Shown: positions 28,237-40,948, counted from the stretch's first letter. The stretch: 64,000 bases of DNA from Wenzhouxiangella sp. (GCA_007118895.1 SKQS01000016.1:8538-72537), one strand, 5' to 3'. A program made the numbers and translations. Notes: a model not told the origin generated them from the letters alone.

Positions 28237-28262
28237 CTCGGCAATCGCCTCGGCAATCACTC
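28203..28262. repeat. Five-unit 12-bp tandem repeat. Minus-strand units are GTGATTGCCGAG, GCGATTGCCGAG, 2x ATGATTGCCGAG, and ATGATTGCCGAA.
   Basis: Read directly on the plus strand as (cggcaatcatct)x3 followed by cggcaatcgcct and cggcaatcactc. It spans the lapB stop codon (28257..28259) and the 5' end of the GT4 gene. Confidence 0.9.
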
Positions 28263-29426
28263 GCCGAGCACACCCTCGATGGGGCGCGTGGTATTCCAGC
28301 GACGGCAGCTCGGACACTGCCAGTGATAGGTGCTGCCACCGAATCCGCAGTGTTGGCAGCGATAGCGCGGCTGGCCGTCCAGCAGGCGCTGCATCAATTC
28401 CTGAATCAGCCCTGGCCCCACCTCATCAAGACTCAGTTCCTGGTGATTCATCAGCTCGATCAGGTAGTTCAGCGCGCGAGCGCGAGGTCTGCACTCGAGA
28501 CGCCCGAGCAGCAGATCGACCGCCTGCCGCGGGCTTTCGCGGGCAATCAGTCGGGCCAGCGCAATCAGCGGTGTGACCATGTTGCTGTTGGAGACGATTT
28601 GCTCCAGCCACTGTCTGGCAGTTTCCATCGACTGATCGCGTTGATGACACTCGATGATCCTGTCCAGCACCTGCACCAGGCAATTGGCGTCGAATTCGCA
28701 GGCCTGGCGGTAATGCCTGGCAGCGCTGTCCCACTGACCGTCCTGCCATGCCAGGTCACCTTCGATGATGCAGGCCCGCGTGCATTTCGGATCATGCCAG
28801 CGCGCTTCGCGAATGAAATCGCGCACGCTGTTTTGATCACCCTCGCCCAGCGCAGACTGGGCCAGCTCGCAGTAGAACTGGGCGATCAGCGGACCGGTCT
28901 CTTCGTCACAAATACCCTTGAGCCGTCGTGCCTGCTCGATGGCCTTCGGCCAGTCCTTTTCCTGCTGATAAATATTCAGCAGGTTGCGCGCCGAAGGTTC
29001 ACTTTCCGGATCACTGTCCAGCAAATCGGAGAATAGTCGCTCTGCCCTGTCGAGCAGGCCGGCCCGCATGTAATCCTCGCCGAGTTCCAGCAGCGCCTGC
29101 ATGCGCTGCTCGTCGGTCAGCGCTGGACGCGAAATGATGTGCTTGTGAAAGCGAATGGCCTTGTCCATTTCGCCCCGGCGACGAAACAGATTGCCCAGCG
29201 CCAGGTGCGTTTCCACCGTCTCCCGGTTGATCTCGGCAAGCTTGAGAAAGACCTCGATGGCCTTGTCGGGCTGCTCATTGAGCAGGTAGTTCAGCCCTCG
29301 AAAGTAGTTGCTCGACAGTGCCGAGGCGCGGCGCTTCTGGTGCGAACTGTGCTGACGTCGCGCCAGCAGCCAGCCACTGGCGGCAGCAACCGGCAGCAGC
29401 ACGAACAGCACTAAAATTTCAGGCAT
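28257..29426 (-). CDS. lapB: Lipopolysaccharide assembly protein LapB (YciM)
   Basis: 389 aa with an N-terminal TM helix, TPR repeats, and the C-terminal rubredoxin-like zinc finger YRCQHCGFGGSTYHWQCPSCRRW. Confidence 0.93.
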   Translation of the reverse strand: MPEILVLFVLLPVAAASGWLLARRQHSSHQKRRASALSSNYFRGLNYLLNEQPDKAIEVFLKLAEINRETVETHLALGNLFRRRGEMDKAIRFHKHIISRPALTDEQRMQALLELGEDYMRAGLLDRAERLFSDLLDSDPESEPSARNLLNIYQQEKDWPKAIEQARRLKGICDEETGPLIAQFYCELAQSALGEGDQNSVRDFIREARWHDPKCTRACIIEGDLAWQDGQWDSAARHYRQACEFDANCLVQVLDRIIECHQRDQSMETARQWLEQIVSNSNMVTPLIALARLIARESPRQAVDLLLGRLECRPRARALNYLIELMNHQELSLDEVGPGLIQELMQRLLDGQPRYRCQHCGFGGSTYHWQCPSCRRWNTTRPIEGVLGE

Positions 29427-29691
29427 CCGGCAGGGTTATCGAGCGGCTATCGGAAGATCCGGACCCCGCTGGCCGCCGACGCAGCCTGCCCGGCATCGCA
29501 AACAGCAGCAGATACAGCAGCAAGCCACAGATCACGCCGAGCGCAAAACAGCCCAGCATCAGCGCGCCAGTCGGCACCGCCATTTCGGCGATGAGCAGAT
29601 CAACCGCTACCGCTTCGGTATTGAGCACACCCAGGGTCAGCCCGGCCATCGCAGCCAGCGCCAGGGAAATCAGGAGCAACCATCGAAACAC
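29419..29691 (-). CDS. lapA: Lipopolysaccharide assembly protein LapA (DUF1049 small inner-membrane protein)
   Basis: A GTG at 29691, 14 nt after the ihfB stop, gives a 90-aa two-TM protein (MFRWLLLISLALAAMAGLTLGVLNTEAVAVDLL...GLLLYLLLF). Its stop overlaps the lapB start by 8 nt. The longer track ORF (to 29946) overlaps ihfB and is rejected. Confidence 0.75.
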   Translation of the reverse strand: MFRWLLLISLALAAMAGLTLGVLNTEAVAVDLLIAEMAVPTGALMLGCFALGVICGLLLYLLLFAMPGRLRRRPAGSGSSDSRSITLPDA

Positions 29692-29707
29692 GATTAACGC
29701 GCCGCGC

Positions 29708-30001
29708 TCAGGCGTTGCCGGCAGCCGCGTTGACGCGCTCTCGCAACGCCTTGCCCGGCTTGAAATGAGGCACATACTTGCCCGGCAGGGCAACCGACTC
29801 GCCGGTCTTGGGATTGCGTCCCATGCGCGGTGGACGGTAGTGCAAATCAAAACTGCCAAACCCCCGGACCTCGATTCGCTCTCCGGCAGACAGCGCCTTG
29901 CTGAGTTCGTCGATGATGGTGCGAACGGCAAGTTCCACATCGGCATGCGACAGATGCCGCTGCCCCGCAGCCATTCGTTCGATAAGTTCCGACTTGGTCA
30001 T
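29708..30001 (-). CDS. ihfB: Integration host factor subunit beta
   Basis: [90 protein letters not shown] is an unmistakable IHF-beta. The start is ATG 30001. Confidence 0.97.
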   Translation of the reverse strand: MTKSELIERMAAGQRHLSHADVELAVRTIIDELSKALSAGERIEVRGFGSFDLHYRPPRMGRNPKTGESVALPGKYVPHFKPGKALRERVNAAAGNA

Positions 30002-30157
30002 GATGCAACCTTCCCCAGTGCTTGTTTTAGGCGCCAATAACCTGTTCTGCGGCCCCGGATGGCGCGAGCTGCGCTGTCTCGGAGCGTGGACCCGCTCGGC
30101 GTGGCGAGCTCCCGGAAAAACGGTCGGCCCGGTACAGGCCGACCGTTGCAGTCAGGC

Positions 30158-31879
30158 TCAGTCCTTGCTGCCGAGCTGTTCGCGAAGCAACTCGCCGAGC
30201 TTGGTGCCGCTACCCTCCGGCCGCGACTGGTACTGATCAATCGCCTCGGCCAGTTCGTCCTCGTCCTTGGCACGGATCGACAGGGTCAGCTGGCGGGTCT
30301 TGCGATCCAGCGCCACGAACTTGGCCTCGATCTCATCGCCCTCCTTGAGCACCTTGGTGGCGTCCTCGATCCGCTCCTTGGCCAGGTCCGATGCCTTGAT
30401 GTAGCCGTCCACGCCCTCGCCAAGATTGACCTTGGCGCCACGCGGGTCGACTTCGGTGACTGTGCCATTGACCAGCGAGCCACGCGGATGGTTGGCCATG
30501 AAAGTAGCAAACGGATCCTGCTCGAGCTGCTTGATGCCCAGCGAGATGCGCTCCCGCTCGGGATCGACAGCAAGGACCACAGCCTCCACCTCTTCGCCCT
30601 TGCGGAAGTTGCGGATTGCTTCCTCGCCCGGTGTCATCCAGGAGATGTCCGAAAGGTGGACCAGTCCGTCGATTCCGCCATCGAGACCAATGAAGATGCC
30701 GAAATCGGTGATCGACTTGATCTGGCCGGACACCTTGTCACCCTTGTTGTGGGTCGCGGCGAAGGCATCCCAGGGATTGGGGGAGACCTGCTTCATGCCC
30801 AGCGAGATGCGGCGACGCTCCTCGTCGACATCAAGCACCATGACTTCGACTTCCTGACCAACGTGAACGACCTTGGCCGGGTTGACATTCTTGTTGGTCC
30901 AGTCCATTTCAGATACGTGAACCAGACCCTCGACCCCGTCCTCGATCTCGACGAAGCAGCCGTAGTCTGTGATGTTGGTGACCTTGCCGAACAGCCGCGA
31001 AGTCGGCGGGTAGCGACGATTGATGTTGTCCCACGGGTCCTCGCCGAGCTGCTTGAGGCCGAGCGAAACGCGCATGCGCTCACGATCGAAGCGCAGCACA
31101 CGAACTTCCAGCTCATCGCCGACCTCGACCACTTCGGAGGGGTGACGCACGCGCTTCCAGGCCATGTCGGTAATATGCAGCAGGCCGTCGATTCCGCCCA
31201 GATCAAGAAACGCACCGTAATCGGTCAGGTTCTTGACCACGCCCTTGACCACTGCACCTTCATCGAGGCGCTCGATCAGGTCGTCGCGCTCGGCGGCGTA
31301 CTCGTGCTCGACCACGGCGCGACGGCTGACCACCAGGTTGTTGCGGCGGCGATCAAGCTTGATGATCTTGAACTCCAGGTCCTTGCCTTCGAGATAACCG
31401 GGATCGCGTACCGGGCGCACATCGACCAGGGAACCGGGCAGAAAAGCGCGAATGCCGTCAATATTGACGGTGAAACCACCCTTGACCTTGCCACTGATCT
31501 GGCCGATGACGTTCTCCTCGCCTTCATGCGAGTTCTCCAGCGTGTCCCAGACCCGCGAGCGCTTGGCCTTCTCGCGCGACAGCCGGGTCTCACCGAAGCC
31601 ATCCTCGATGGCGTCGAGAGAAACCTCGATCTCATCCCCTTCCTCGATCTCCAGACTTCCATCATGCTTCTGAAACTGGTCGATCGGAACAATGCCCTCG
31701 GACTTCAGCCCGGCATTGATGACAACGACATCCTCGCGGATCTCGACAACCTTGCCGATGACGATCGCCCCAGGGCGAAGGTGACTCTCGGAAAGGCTTT
31801 GTTCAAACAGTTCGGCGAAGGATTCGCCAGTGGCAGCTTCCACGTTTTCCTGCAGGTTTTCGGCAATCTGTGTGTTCAA
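30158..31879 (-). CDS. rpsA: 30S ribosomal protein S1
   Basis: Six S1 domains. [11 protein letters not shown]...[13 protein letters not shown] matches the E. coli S1 N-terminus. The track start is TTG 31879. GTG 31843 (preceded by AGGAAAAC) would give a 561-aa product closer to canonical length. Confidence 0.96.
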   Translation of the reverse strand: MNTQIAENLQENVEAATGESFAELFEQSLSESHLRPGAIVIGKVVEIREDVVVINAGLKSEGIVPIDQFQKHDGSLEIEEGDEIEVSLDAIEDGFGETRLSREKAKRSRVWDTLENSHEGEENVIGQISGKVKGGFTVNIDGIRAFLPGSLVDVRPVRDPGYLEGKDLEFKIIKLDRRRNNLVVSRRAVVEHEYAAERDDLIERLDEGAVVKGVVKNLTDYGAFLDLGGIDGLLHITDMAWKRVRHPSEVVEVGDELEVRVLRFDRERMRVSLGLKQLGEDPWDNINRRYPPTSRLFGKVTNITDYGCFVEIEDGVEGLVHVSEMDWTNKNVNPAKVVHVGQEVEVMVLDVDEERRRISLGMKQVSPNPWDAFAATHNKGDKVSGQIKSITDFGIFIGLDGGIDGLVHLSDISWMTPGEEAIRNFRKGEEVEAVVLAVDPERERISLGIKQLEQDPFATFMANHPRGSLVNGTVTEVDPRGAKVNLGEGVDGYIKASDLAKERIEDATKVLKEGDEIEAKFVALDRKTRQLTLSIRAKDEDELAEAIDQYQSRPEGSGTKLGELLREQLGSKD

Positions 31880-31994
31880 GACAATTTCTCGGATTCATCT
31901 GCAGTCGGACCATCCGACCGCTCGTTGCAAAAAAAGAAAACGACACGCCGCCACGACCGGCCGCGCGCGCATTCACACCCATTTTCGTCGAGAT

Positions 31995-32681
31995 TCAGGC
32001 CAGCCAATCGCTGACCAGCGCCAGCACCCTGTCGACCACGGCCTCAATGCCCAGGTCGGAGGTGTCGATGATGGTGGCGTCGGCTGCCGGCAGGGTCGGT
32101 GAGACCGCCCTTTCCCGGTCGCGCCGGTCGCGTTCCTTCAACTCGCGAAAAAGACCCGCAAATTTAACATTTTCCCCTTTTTCTTTCAACTGTTTATAGC
32201 GCCGATTAGCACGTTCCTCGATACTGGCGTCCAGAAACACTTTGATCGGCGCATCAGGAAACACCACGGTGCCCATATCGCGGCCGTCGGCGACCAGGCC
32301 GGGCGGGCGACAGAAACTGCGCTGCAGATCCAGAAGCGCCGCCCTGACCGGCGCCAGCGCCGCCACCTGCGAGGCCATGCGACTTACTCGTTCGGCACGC
32401 AGTCCCGAATCGACCATCTCGCCGCCCAGCCAGGCCAGCGGCCCGTCCTCGGTGGCCTCGAAAGACAGATCGACCCGTTCGCACAGGGCCACCAGCTGGT
32501 CCTCCTGATCGATTTTCAATCCGGCATCCAGCGCGGCCAGGGCCACGACGCGATAGCAGGCGCCGGAGTCAAGCACGTGCCAACGCAGCCGCCTGGCGAC
32601 CCGGCTCGAGACGGCCCCCTTGCCGACTCCGGACGGACCATCCACGGTCAGCACCGGGATCCTGTCACCGCTCCCGCTCAT
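31995..32681 (-). CDS. cmk: Cytidylate kinase
   Basis: 228 aa with LTVDGPSGVGKGAVSSRVA and DSGACYR motifs. It shows the conserved aroA-cmk-rpsA-ihfB order. Confidence 0.95.
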   Translation of the reverse strand: MSGSGDRIPVLTVDGPSGVGKGAVSSRVARRLRWHVLDSGACYRVVALAALDAGLKIDQEDQLVALCERVDLSFEATEDGPLAWLGGEMVDSGLRAERVSRMASQVAALAPVRAALLDLQRSFCRPPGLVADGRDMGTVVFPDAPIKVFLDASIEERANRRYKQLKEKGENVKFAGLFRELKERDRRDRERAVSPTLPAADATIIDTSDLGIEAVVDRVLALVSDWLA

Positions 32682-32696
32682 CGGTCCGCTCGCTGA

Positions 32697-33998
32697 TCAC
32701 GCATCCATCCACTCCAGCCTCGCTCCCAAACCGCGCAGGTCATCGACAAATCCCGGATAACTGGTCTCCATCCATTCCGCCCCGTGAATGATCACCGGTT
32801 GCTCAGCCACCAGCGCCAGTACCGCCAGGCTCATGGCGATCCGATGATCGTGACAGGCATCAACCTCTCCGCCACGGACCGATCCGCCGCGCACGATCGC
32901 CCCGTCAGCAGTCTCTGTTACCGACACACCCAGGCTGCCCAGATTGGCGCACATCGCCGCCAGCCGATCGGACTCCTTGACCCTGAGCTCGCCGGCTCCG
33001 CTGATCACCGTCTCGCCGTTTGCCACGGCTGCCATCGCCATGATGACAGGAAACTCGTCGATCGCCAGCGGCACCAGCTCTTCGGCAATATGCATACCGC
33101 GAAGCACTGAATGCCTGGCTACCACCCGGCCGGCCGGCTCACCCTGGCCTGACTGGTCAGGCTGCAGATCCAGACGTCCGCCCATTGCATCGAGTATGCG
33201 CAGGAAACCATCTCGGGTCGGGTTCAGTCCGACCTCTTCGACAGTGACCTCCGAGCCTTCGACCAGGCAGGCCGCGGCCAGCAGAAAGGCCGCCGCGCTG
33301 AGATCGGCCGGCACCCTCGCCCGGCAGCCATGCAGCAACTGGCCGCCTTCCAGCGCCAACCATCCGGGCCGGGATTCGATCCTTGCGCCAAACATGGGCA
33401 GCAGGCGTTCGGTGTGGTCTCGAGTTGGCGCCGGTTCGCTGATCGCGGTTCGCCCGCTGGCGTGAAGACCGGCCAGCGCCACGGCTGACTTGACCTGGGC
33501 ACTGGCCACCGGCGATCGATATTCCAAGCCCTCGAGCGGACGCGGTCGAAGGATCAGCGGGGCATGTCCGTCGGTTCCCCGGATATCGGCACCCATTGCC
33601 TTGAGCGGCTCGATGATGCGTCCCATGGGGCGCGATGACAGCGAAGCATCGCCGACCAGGCTGATCTCGCTGCCATGCAGGTCCGGATGACCGGCCAGCG
33701 CACCGGCCAGCAGGCGCATGCCGGTGCCCGAATTGCCCAGATCCAGCGCTCCGGCGGGCGCACGCAGCGCCCTGCCGGAAATCACCAGTTCATGCTCGCC
33801 ACGCTCGACGTGCGCACCCAGCTCGCTCATGGCGGCCAGCGTCGCCAGGGTATCGGCGCTATCCAGGTAACCGGTGATGCGGGTGGTGCCCTTGGCCAGG
33901 CCACCAAGAATCGCCAGCCGATGCGAGATGGACTTGTCGCCTGGCGGGCGACAGTGACCCTCAAGGGCGGCGTGGGCAGGCCAGACTTTCAGCCTCAT
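32697..33998 (-). CDS. aroA: 3-phosphoshikimate 1-carboxyvinyltransferase (EPSP synthase)
   Basis: ATG 33998 gives MRLKVWPAHAALEGHCRPPGDKSISHRLAILGGLA...; also LGNSGTGMRLLAG, KESDRLAAM, DHRIAMS. The track start 34139 overlaps pheA and is rejected. Confidence 0.95.
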   Translation of the reverse strand: MRLKVWPAHAALEGHCRPPGDKSISHRLAILGGLAKGTTRITGYLDSADTLATLAAMSELGAHVERGEHELVISGRALRAPAGALDLGNSGTGMRLLAGALAGHPDLHGSEISLVGDASLSSRPMGRIIEPLKAMGADIRGTDGHAPLILRPRPLEGLEYRSPVASAQVKSAVALAGLHASGRTAISEPAPTRDHTERLLPMFGARIESRPGWLALEGGQLLHGCRARVPADLSAAAFLLAAACLVEGSEVTVEEVGLNPTRDGFLRILDAMGGRLDLQPDQSGQGEPAGRVVARHSVLRGMHIAEELVPLAIDEFPVIMAMAAVANGETVISGAGELRVKESDRLAAMCANLGSLGVSVTETADGAIVRGGSVRGGEVDACHDHRIAMSLAVLALVAEQPVIIHGAEWMETSYPGFVDDLRGLGARLEWMDA

Positions 33999-34002
33999 CA
34001 GG

Positions 34003-35175
34003 CTACTCCCTTGATGACTCGGGCAGCCGGCCCAGCACCGCGCGCGGATAGGATCCAAGCACCTTGACCTGGCGTGCCTCGGTTTCCAGCTCGGCCATTG
34101 CAGCGGCCAGCGGCGGGTCCTCGATGTGACCGTCGGCATCGATGAAGAACACGTAGTCCCAGCGCCCCTGGCGTGAGGGTCGGGACTCGATCCGATTCAT
34201 GTTGACCGAGTGCCTGGCGAACGGCTCAAGCAGCCGGAACAGCGCCCCGGGACCATCCCGGCCGGCCACCATCAACGTGGTCTTGTCTTCTCCCGAAGGC
34301 GGCAGCAGTTCGCGCCCCAGCACCAGGAATCGGGTGGTGTTGTCGACATGATCCTCGATGTTGGCAAACAGCACCGGCAGGCCGTAGACCTCGGCGGCAT
34401 GGCGCGAGGCGATTGCCGCAGCGTCCGGCGCATGGCGCACTCGACGCGCGGCCTCGGCATTGGAAGAAACCGCCAGCGCCTCGGCATGCGAGAGATTGGC
34501 CGCCAGCCAGTGCTTGCACTGGGCCAGCGACTGGGCATGGGCGTAAACCCGCTCTACCGCCTTGAGGCTGCGCGCCTGAGTCAGCAGATGCTGATGAATG
34601 CGCATTTCCACTTCTGCGGCGATCTTCAGGTCGCTGTGCAGAAACATGTCAAGGGTGTGCGAGACCACCCCTTGAGAGGAGTTTTCCACCGGCACCACGC
34701 CGAAGTCGGCCTCCCCGCCCTGAACCTGCAGAAACACGTCCTCGATGCTGGCGCAGGCAATGGCATTGACCGAATGGCCGAACTGACGGTACACCGCCTG
34801 CTGGGTGAAAGTGCCCTCGGGGCCAAGATAGGCGATCCGCATCGGTTCCTGGCGCGCCAGGCAGGCCGACATGATCTCGCGGTAAAGGCGCAGCATCACC
34901 GAATCGCTCAGGGGGCCCTGGTTGCGCTCGATCACCTTGCGCAGCACCTGCGCCTCGCGATCAGGGCGGTAGTACTCCGCCGCCCCGCCAAGATCGCCCT
35001 TGCTGGCACGCACCGCCTCGGCCAGCCGCGCACGCTCGCTGATCAGCTCCTGGATCTGCTCGTCCAGGCTGTCGATGCGAGTACGGATTTCGGCCAGGTC
35101 AGGCCTATCCGTACCGTCGCTCGAATTCGACCATGAACTCAACGAGACTCTCCACTGCTTCAGATGACAGCGCAT
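34003..35175 (-). CDS. pheA: Bifunctional chorismate mutase / prephenate dehydratase (P-protein)
   Basis: It has a CM domain (LAEIRTRIDSLDEQIQELISERARLA), a PDT domain (RIAYLGPEGTFTQQA, VPVENSSQGVV, TRFLVLG) and a C-terminal ACT domain. The start is uncertain: ATG 35175 overlaps the serC 3' end by 71 nt, and no other in-frame ATG exists before the CM domain. Confidence 0.9.
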   Translation of the reverse strand: MRCHLKQWRVSLSSWSNSSDGTDRPDLAEIRTRIDSLDEQIQELISERARLAEAVRASKGDLGGAAEYYRPDREAQVLRKVIERNQGPLSDSVMLRLYREIMSACLARQEPMRIAYLGPEGTFTQQAVYRQFGHSVNAIACASIEDVFLQVQGGEADFGVVPVENSSQGVVSHTLDMFLHSDLKIAAEVEMRIHQHLLTQARSLKAVERVYAHAQSLAQCKHWLAANLSHAEALAVSSNAEAARRVRHAPDAAAIASRHAAEVYGLPVLFANIEDHVDNTTRFLVLGRELLPPSGEDKTTLMVAGRDGPGALFRLLEPFARHSVNMNRIESRPSRQGRWDYVFFIDADGHIEDPPLAAAMAELETEARQVKVLGSYPRAVLGRLPESSRE

Positions 35176-36175
35176 TGTACAGGCTGGCGCGTATCCCCCC
35201 CAATGCCCGGTGCCCTTTCAGACCCGGCATGCCGACCTGCTCCGCCTCGGCAACAAATCGGGACTCGAGTTCATGGTTGGCCAACCGAAAAGGTACGTTC
35301 ATCTGCGACCGGCAGCCCGGCTCCACACCGTTGTGATAAAAATCGCTGCCGTCAATGGCCTGGTAAAGCGCATCTGCCTTGGCAGCATTGCGCTCGCCAA
35401 TCACCGCCAGACCGCCTGCATCATCGATCCAGCGCAATACTTCCAGCGCCACCACCCAGGCAAAACTGCAAGGCGTGTTGTACAGCGAGTCGCTGGCGAC
35501 CCAGGTGCGATAATCGAAGTACTTCGGCAACCCTTCAGGAATGCGCTTGAGCAGATCGTGACGAATCACCACCACGGTCAGTCCGGCCACGCCAAGGTTC
35601 TTCTGCGCACCGGCATAGGCCAGGCCCAGATCGCGGTAAGGATAGGGCCTGGACAGGAACTCCGATGAAAGATCGGCGGCCAGCGGCACGCCGACCGCCG
35701 GCGGCAAGTCGAACTGCACGCCGTGGATGGTCTCATTGCCGGTGTAGTGCAGGTAGGCGCAATCGGTCGGCAAGTGGCCGATCTCGGGGATAGCGGTGTA
35801 ATCGCAAACCGCTGAATCGCCAGCCACTACTGCGCGACCGACCCGCTCGGCCTCGGCCAGCGCCCTGCGGCCCCAGTGGCCGGTAATCAGGTAGGCAGCA
35901 GTCCGGTTGGCGGCCAGATTCATCGGTACCCAGGCAAACTGCAGGTTGGCCCCGCCCTGCAGCAGCAGGACAGCGTGATCCTGCCCGAGTGCCATCAGCC
36001 GTTTCAGACGCTCCAGCAACTCCTCGGCTACCGCGGCAAACTGCCTGCCGCGGTGACTGACCTCGACCAGCGAGGGCCGACGGTCTGAGGGGACCGCAAA
36101 CAATTCGCCCAGGCGGTCTCGCACCGGGTCCGGCAACGCCGCCGGGCCGGCCGAAAAATTATGGACCCGCCTCAT
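35105..36175 (-). CDS. serC: Phosphoserine aminotransferase
   Basis: ATG 36175 gives MRRVHNFSAGPAALPDPV... The rest is also SerC-like (GANLQFAWVP, YTGNETIHG, KNLGVAGLTVVVI, GGIRASLYNA). The track extension to 36352 overlaps the upstream gene. Confidence 0.95.
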   Translation of the reverse strand: MRRVHNFSAGPAALPDPVRDRLGELFAVPSDRRPSLVEVSHRGRQFAAVAEELLERLKRLMALGQDHAVLLLQGGANLQFAWVPMNLAANRTAAYLITGHWGRRALAEAERVGRAVVAGDSAVCDYTAIPEIGHLPTDCAYLHYTGNETIHGVQFDLPPAVGVPLAADLSSEFLSRPYPYRDLGLAYAGAQKNLGVAGLTVVVIRHDLLKRIPEGLPKYFDYRTWVASDSLYNTPCSFAWVVALEVLRWIDDAGGLAVIGERNAAKADALYQAIDGSDFYHNGVEPGCRSQMNVPFRLANHELESRFVAEAEQVGMPGLKGHRALGGIRASLYNALSSEAVESLVEFMVEFERRYG

Positions 36176-36195
36176 CCGTCCCCCTGGATGTGGTG

Positions 36196-36627
36196 TCAGC
36201 AGTCGCCAATGCGGCGGCCGGACATATTGATGGTCATCTTCATTGGACCCATCGGAGTGTCCATTTCGGCCGACATCTGTCCCGACGAGCTGGTGCCGTT
36301 GAACTGCATCTCCCCGGTCATCTCGAAGCTGGTGCCATCCGGCTGGTTGCACTCGACGACGAAATTACCGCCATCGTGCCCGATGTTACGCTCACGAACG
36401 GTGCAGGCCTCTTCGAGGTCACCCATGAAGGTATCAAGGCTGCCCAGATCGTCTTCGGTCAGGCATTCCTCGTTGCTATATTCCTGGTCGGGAATCGGAA
36501 AGTCGCCGGCCACCGAGGTGTGGGTGTTGTACTCCCACATGCCCGGCTCGATGTTCGGTCTTTCGGCCAGGGCGGTCATCGGCAGCAGCATGGTGGCAGC
36601 ACAGAATAATCCAGTCAAACGCATCAT
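36196..36627 (-). CDS. DUF3617 domain-containing secreted protein
   Basis: Signal peptide (MMRLTGLFCAATMLLPMTALA), then PGMWEY...C...C...MTINMSGRRIGDC, which is typical of DUF3617. Possible starts are 36627 or 36624 (GGAG just upstream). The track uses GTG 36651. Confidence 0.7.
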   Translation of the reverse strand: MMRLTGLFCAATMLLPMTALAERPNIEPGMWEYNTHTSVAGDFPIPDQEYSNEECLTEDDLGSLDTFMGDLEEACTVRERNIGHDGGNFVVECNQPDGTSFEMTGEMQFNGTSSSGQMSAEMDTPMGPMKMTINMSGRRIGDC

Positions 36628-36717
36628 GTTCTCCATTGATTTCAGCGCCACTGTCAGGTGACGCTGTTTCGAGTGAACGCTTATGGTAACCCGGAAGAAG
36701 TGACCAGATTGACCGGC

Positions 36718-38667
<1,950 letters not shown>

Positions 38668-38756
38668 GAGCTTTTGTTCTGCTTGTGCGTTTGAGACGGC
38701 CCCAGATTACTCAATCCAGCGACGAGACGTCACCTGTACTTGCGGACAGGGCAATT

Positions 38757-39238
38757 TCAAGAACCCAATGCCTCCAGCGCGGCCTGATCCAGCCGGAACA
38801 CCGTCCAGTCGCTCATGGCACGAGCGCCCAGGCTGCGGTAGAAGCCGATCGCCGGCTCGTTCCAGTCCAGCACGCTCCACTCCATGCGCCCATAGCCACG
38901 CTGCCTGGCGAGCCCGGCAAGGTGCAGCAACAGCGCCTTTCCAATACCGCGTCCACGCCAGGCCGGGCGCACGAACAAGTCTTCCAGGTACAGGCCCGGA
39001 CGACCGACGAAGGTTGAGAAATTGGTAAAAAACAGCGCAAATCCCGCTGCCTGACCATCTATCTCGGCCAGCACCGCTTCGGCGACCGGGGCCTGGCCGA
39101 AAAGCGCGGCCCCCAGGTCGTCCGGAGTGGCCTTCATCTCCTCGGCCAACCGCTCGTATTCGGCCAGTTCGGCTATCAGACGATGCAGCAGCGTTTCGTC
39201 GCCCGGACGCGCCGGGCGAATCACTGCTTCGGCGGAGT

Positions 39239-39242
<4 letters not shown>
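38757..39242 (-). CDS. GNAT family N-acetyltransferase (diamine/spermidine acetyltransferase-like)
   Basis: 161 aa with the acetyl-CoA binding motif [15 protein letters not shown]. The GTG start overlaps the etfA stop (GTGA). Confidence 0.8.
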
Positions 39243-40179
<937 letters not shown>

Positions 40180-40180
<1 letters not shown>

Positions 40181-40926
40181 TACAGCAGACCCCTGTTCTT
40201 GAGTTCATCGACCAGTTCGGCGACGCTGCCGACCACCTTGCCGCCGCCGCGCTTGGGCGGCGGTTCGAACGCCAGCATTTCGAAACCGGCGCCCTGCTCC
40301 ACACCCAGATCGGCGATGGCAATGACATCCAGCGGCTTGCGCTTGGCCTTCATGATGTCCGGCAGCTTGACGAAACGCGGCTCGTTGAGCCTGAGATCCG
40401 AGCTCATCACTGCCGGCAGTTCGATCTCGATGGTTTCCAGCCCGGCATCGACCTCGCGCGCCACCGTGGCCTTGCCGTCGGCCAGCTCGACCCGGGAGGC
40501 AAAAGTTGCCTGCGGCCGATCCCAAAGGGCTGCCAGCATCTGCGCGGTCTGGTTGCAGTCATCATCGATGGCCTGCTTGCCCAGGAACACGATGCCGGGC
40601 GACTCGCGCTCGATGAGCTTGAGCAGAATGCGCGCGACCGTCAGCGGCTGGGGCGCGGTCTCGGTCTCGACATGGATTGCCCGATCGGCACCCATCGCCA
40701 GCCCGGTGCGCAGCTGCTGCTGAACATCGGTGCCGCCGATCGAGGCCACGATGACCTCCTCGGCCTCACCGCGCTCGCGGATACGCAGCGCCTCTTCCAG
40801 CGCAATTTCGTCGAACGGGTTGATCGACATTTTAACGCCCTCTGTCTCCACACCGGAGCCGTCGGACTTCACTCGCACGCGAACGTTGTAGTCAACCACG
40901 CGCTTGATAGGAACCAGTATCTTCAT
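40180..40926 (-). CDS. etfB: Electron transfer flavoprotein subunit beta
   Basis: 248 aa: MKILVPIKRVVDYNVRVRVK..., INPFDEIALEEALR, GKQAIDDDCNQTAQMLA. Its stop overlaps the etfA ATG by 1 nt (TAATG). Confidence 0.95.
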
Positions 40927-40948
40927 GTTGTAATGCTCTGCATTGATT

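Noticed and set aside
31880-31994. U-rich tract (GTCGTTTTCTTTTTTTGCAA on the coding strand) and a small GTCGG/CCGAC hairpin between cmk and rpsA. I considered it as a terminator or sRNA.
   Set aside because: No convincing GC stem precedes the U-run. A U-rich, weakly structured leader is expected for the autoregulated rpsA mRNA. The gap is too short, and lacks independent signals, to call an RNA gene.
30059-32014. 651-aa + strand ORF, one of many long ORFs antisense to recognised genes. Others include 52355..54454 (699 aa), 19967..21685 (572 aa), 58787..60325 (512 aa), 46643..48064 (473 aa), 55489..56880 (463 aa), 42556..43794 (412 aa), 3552..4730 (392 aa) and 44707..45849 (380 aa).
   Set aside because: Each lies opposite a gene with unmistakable family motifs (rpsA, S8 peptidase, E1, ccmC-E, kmo, gor, queA, traB, kynB/kynU). 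Their translations are Arg/Gly/Ala/Pro-rich and low in complexity, with no recognisable motifs. Long stop-free antisense frames are expected in roughly 65% GC DNA.
34003-35175. Possible disruption or odd start of pheA (71-nt overlap with the serC 3' end), and absence of hisC/tyrA between pheA and aroA.
   Set aside because: The frame is intact through the CM, PDT and ACT domains. The overlap probably reflects a non-ATG start that I cannot pin down. Gene order serC-pheA-aroA-cmk-rpsA-ihfB without hisC/tyrA is a plausible lineage variant, not evidence of decay.
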